From Ascidiella aspersa (lineage: Eukaryota): a DNA stretch of 64,000 nt. The number at the start of each line of letters is the position of its first letter. Within the stretch, counting starts at the first letter, position 1. Below, in pieces: positions 60,801 through 64,000 of the stretch. Both the position numbers and the translations under genes were made by a program. The stretch covers positions 23,808,001 to 23,872,000 of the forward strand of contig OZ004611.1 of the NCBI GenBank assembly GCA_963924565.1. The letters are read 5' to 3'. The notes under the pieces are model-generated. The model had not been told where the DNA came from. It made no database searches and worked only from the letters and a program-made list of their open reading frames with translations.

Positions 60801-63800
60801 TTTAGCGTCTAAAATACACGACACCCCAGACCCCTTAGGTGATTTTAGTTATTGATCATGTGCCACAGTGGCGTATCCAGGGGGCTGGGGCTTGTGACCT
60901 CCCCTTTTTGTCAGTGATATTATCGTTTTTTGTTCGTTATGGTCAGGGTTTAGCAAACTGTCCGAAGCAGCAATGATTTTAATGTTATTAAAAGTTAGCT
61001 AATGCGTAACCAAAATCCTACGCAAAACTCCGTTTTTGACTTTTTTTGGTCGACTGTAAAACGCAGTATATTTTTTCTCTTTCGTTTATGTTGAAGTTGG
61101 CTGATTATCAAGTGTGAATTCGAAAACTAACGACGCTTAGTCAAACCGTATTTTTTTCACGCTAAAAAAACGTCGAAGTTAGGCGCAGCGAATGCCCATT
61201 GCTGTTCGCTGTCTGCTCTACTATTAGATATTGATTAACAACGTATTTTTTTTTCAACTAAAGCAGATTCATAAAAGGTGGTATAATGATGACTATCGTG
61301 CGCGTTTCAAAGTCGCAATTTTCAAGTTATTACAGTTAACACAAAATTATTCTCTATAAGCATATCCTAAGACCACGTGTTTATGTGTGCAATTGACACA
61401 ACTTATTTTCCTTCAACAGCAGATTGTATTTCAGCTGACTTGTCACACAGCTCAGCGCAGTTGTTGCGCTAACTGTGGCATAATAGCACTCGGGAAAAAC
61501 TATCTTCGTTCAGTATTGCAGGTGGCGAAAGGCGTGCTTTGCAGGTGGCGTAAAGACTTCGTAATTTAGCGTAGTGCCCTACATGGAACTTAGGAAACTG
61601 CGCTGCGGATAATTTATGGTTCTTCATAAATCTATCACACATATTTTACGGTCTTGGTTTAGTTTTTCGCCTGGCAGGAGTGTCGACGACGCACGTGTTC
61701 GCTTTTCCTGGACGTTAGTTGTTTCTGATTAGTGTGTTTTATGACGTCATTACAATCACATTTTTATGACGTCACACCCGTCACTGTTTTATGACATCAT
61801 TATTCAGTTACTTCAGACGGGATAAGTTGAAAAATTCGGGACACCCCCTTTAAATGGTTACGCTACGCGCCTGGTTGTAACTTAGAAATGGCAGATTGAA
61901 ATCGTCTTTGACTTCTGCAAATGAATGGCGACCTCGAGAATTTATTTTCATTTAAGGTACTGATGGTGCTCACACTTGGAAAAATGCGTATTTAATCGAC
62001 CTTGGCACTTATTTCTACAGACTGTTGATTGTAATAGACATGGACCTATACTTCAGTGAATATTTATTTGCTAATTTTGATTATTTATGTTACCAAGTGT
62101 ATTTCGCTGGTTTGATTTTTTTGAATTAGCCTACCTTGTAATTAGGCCGCCACACCCAATTTGAACAATATGATACTAAATATTAATTCAGAGTTGTGTT
62201 ACCGGGTAATCTTTTTTCCACGCCAAAATGTCGTAAACGTCGTCCAGGTAGTCGATCTCAGCCACAGCGTCATCTGGTTTCGCGTGGAGCGACATGTAAC
62301 TGAATGTGCGTTGATAACCTTTGGAAGAAGATGCATTTCGGATTAGCGTTTGCACCAAATAACTATGCCCAGATTTAATTTTTTTGTGTGTCAAACGCGT
62401 CATGTTGTGTCAATGCGATTAAGTCTTACCATTTAACGCCAGAAAGTGAAGCTGTTTTTTATTGATTTGACAACAATCAGGTAACAGCCTTATACGACTG
62501 AAGAAAACCCTTTGTCGTGACACCAATTACAACTTAAGTAACAAATGGTTTTACAAGAACAACACGTATTAAATCAATAATGTACATTGCGAAAAATTAT
62601 ATCAAAATGTACCAGCTAACAAAAAGTGACGCACAGCGTTAAATAAGTTGAGAGATTCAGAGTAATTAAAATCGGGATGTCCGAACACAATATAACTTAA
62701 GAGGAGCAAGAGACAACGAAAAAACAAACAAATTAAAGCTGGAAATATCAACGCCATGTGCAACAGAAACATTTATCAGCAAAAGTGAATTTTTCAAACT
62801 ATATGTTTCCAGGTTATTAACTGGTGACTGTATGATCAAAGTGTGCATTATTATTGCTTTTTATATGGATAACCCAAACCATTTTATTTACAAAACTTAA
62901 ACACACTAACATAGTGGTGAATTGTATAGCATAAGGAAGATCACGAATCTAAGTTACATTAATAAAACAACCTACTTTAAAGTACAAATACACAAACTTT
63001 AAAATACAATTACTGTATATAGAAAAAAGTAAAATTCCAGTTTTTACAGCTACGTAAACTCCAGTTTTACAGCTACGAACTATTGCGAATAAGGCAATCC
63101 CGTTTCTTACCATCGACGGTTGTCCTCTCGAAAAGTACAGTGTATGGTTCCCTTTCAAACACGTCTTTGTTATCAGGATATTGATATTCAGCAATCACTT
63201 TCACTCTATCGCTTCTATATAAAAAAAAAGAACACTTGAGATGGAATATACACAAAAATGAATACCTCTAAAGCGGATTTAGCTATGGGTCAACAATAAA
63301 AACTGACAGACCAAGGAATAACAATGAAAACAGTATAGCACCTATAATAAAACTGGAATTTTTCGCAATCATACTTTCTGATCTCAGAGGTAATTTTCTG
63401 GCTCGTGATATGTGTATTCATGATAATCATGATACGACATAATCATGATTTGTGCTCCGTGCACCATACAATATAGGGTTATTGATGGTCAAAAGTACAA
63501 ATTCTGAACGGCTTTTGTGGGTAGCTTTCCACGTATGTACCGTGCCGTTATTGTTGATCAAAAAGACGACTTATGAAGGCTATAGTTCACAGTCGTCGTA
63601 CACATATGCAATATGCATGTTGCGCACGTATATTTCATGTTTGAATTCAGCTTTCATGGATAGATCCCGCGTTTTTACTGCGAGAGATTTCCCGCTGTCG
63701 CCATACCGCGTGCTCTTTCACGAGTTCCTAATCATTTATTGCGTTGTGCGTTGATTGTATCGCAATTTAAACCAACCAGACTACTTGCCTATAAATTGTG

Positions 63801-63869
63801 ATATACTGCTGCTTACTGTTGGCCCCATACGAGTTAAACCGTTTCCTTAGTTTGGGCTCTGTTACTATA
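57863..63869 (-). CDS. Deoxyribonuclease I family protein; 5' exons lie beyond the right edge of the window
   Basis: Exons 63869-63789 (GC donor), 63214-63111, 62318-62203, 59508-59351, 58278-58188, 57910-57863. DNase I motifs [22 protein letters not shown] (His134 equivalent), [16 protein letters not shown]...CAYDR and VSDHYPVE (His252 equivalent). Confidence 0.9.
60103..61873. mobile_element. 1.77-kb hAT-like non-autonomous element in a DNase I intron, with a probable nested element from about 60866
   Basis: TIRs CAGGGGCGTAGCGT / ACGCTACGCGCCTG. TSD GTTGGAAC / GTTGTAAC. No transposase ORF. Confidence 0.7.
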
Positions 63870-64000
63870 CTAGCAAGGCAAAAAAGACAAAAAAAAAAAA
63901 AAGAAACAAAAGAAAAAAGCGGAAAAAAATGTGGGAAAAAGAAACACACACACTGAAATCAAGGTTAGAAACACAACTTCAACTTTTAAGGTAAACCAAA

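Noticed and set aside
61740-61800. Cluster of TGACGTCA (CRE) motifs
   Set aside because: These are subterminal repeats of a hAT-like element, with no evidence of regulatory use.
63452-63754. 100-aa plus-strand ORF and possible extra exons inside the DNase I intron
   Set aside because: No recognisable homology. The candidate minus-strand exons introduce stops, and the flanking DNase exons already join in frame.

Overview
AT-rich, intron-rich animal genomic DNA, most probably an ascidian (tunicate). This is inferred from the compact introns and an Epi-1-like three-trefoil gene. Most entries in the ORF track are spurious or single-exon fragments. Splicing by hand with phase-consistent junctions gives six protein-coding genes. 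(1) Minus strand, <169-7816, running off the left edge: a type II membrane protein in which a degenerate GT32 (A4GALT/A4GNT-like) glycosyltransferase domain is spliced in frame to a galactose-3-O-sulfotransferase (GAL3ST) domain. (2) Minus strand, 10862-20538: a secreted 306-aa protein with a Ly6/uPAR three-finger domain fused to an N-truncated fibrinogen C-terminal domain. (3) Plus strand, 22426-27595: a divergent, probably non-inhibitory serpin with a 1-nt frameshift in its last exon. (4) Plus strand, 31605-40483: an MS4A/CD20-like tetraspan protein with a Q/P-rich tail. (5) Plus strand, 46653-57093: a 736-aa secreted protein with three trefoil domains (Epi-1-like). (6) Minus strand, 57863->63869: a DNase I family gene with a GC-AG intron. 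The window also holds a tRNA-like gene (anticodon GGT, lengthened anticodon arm) and many non-autonomous DNA transposons, mostly hAT/Buster-like MITEs with 8-bp target-site duplications (TSDs), plus a PIF/Harbinger-like MITE and foldback elements. The best candidates for novelty are the GT32-GAL3ST fusion (a possible sulfated-galactan/tunic biosynthesis enzyme) and the Ly6-fibrinogen chimera. All gene models are manual predictions without transcript support.
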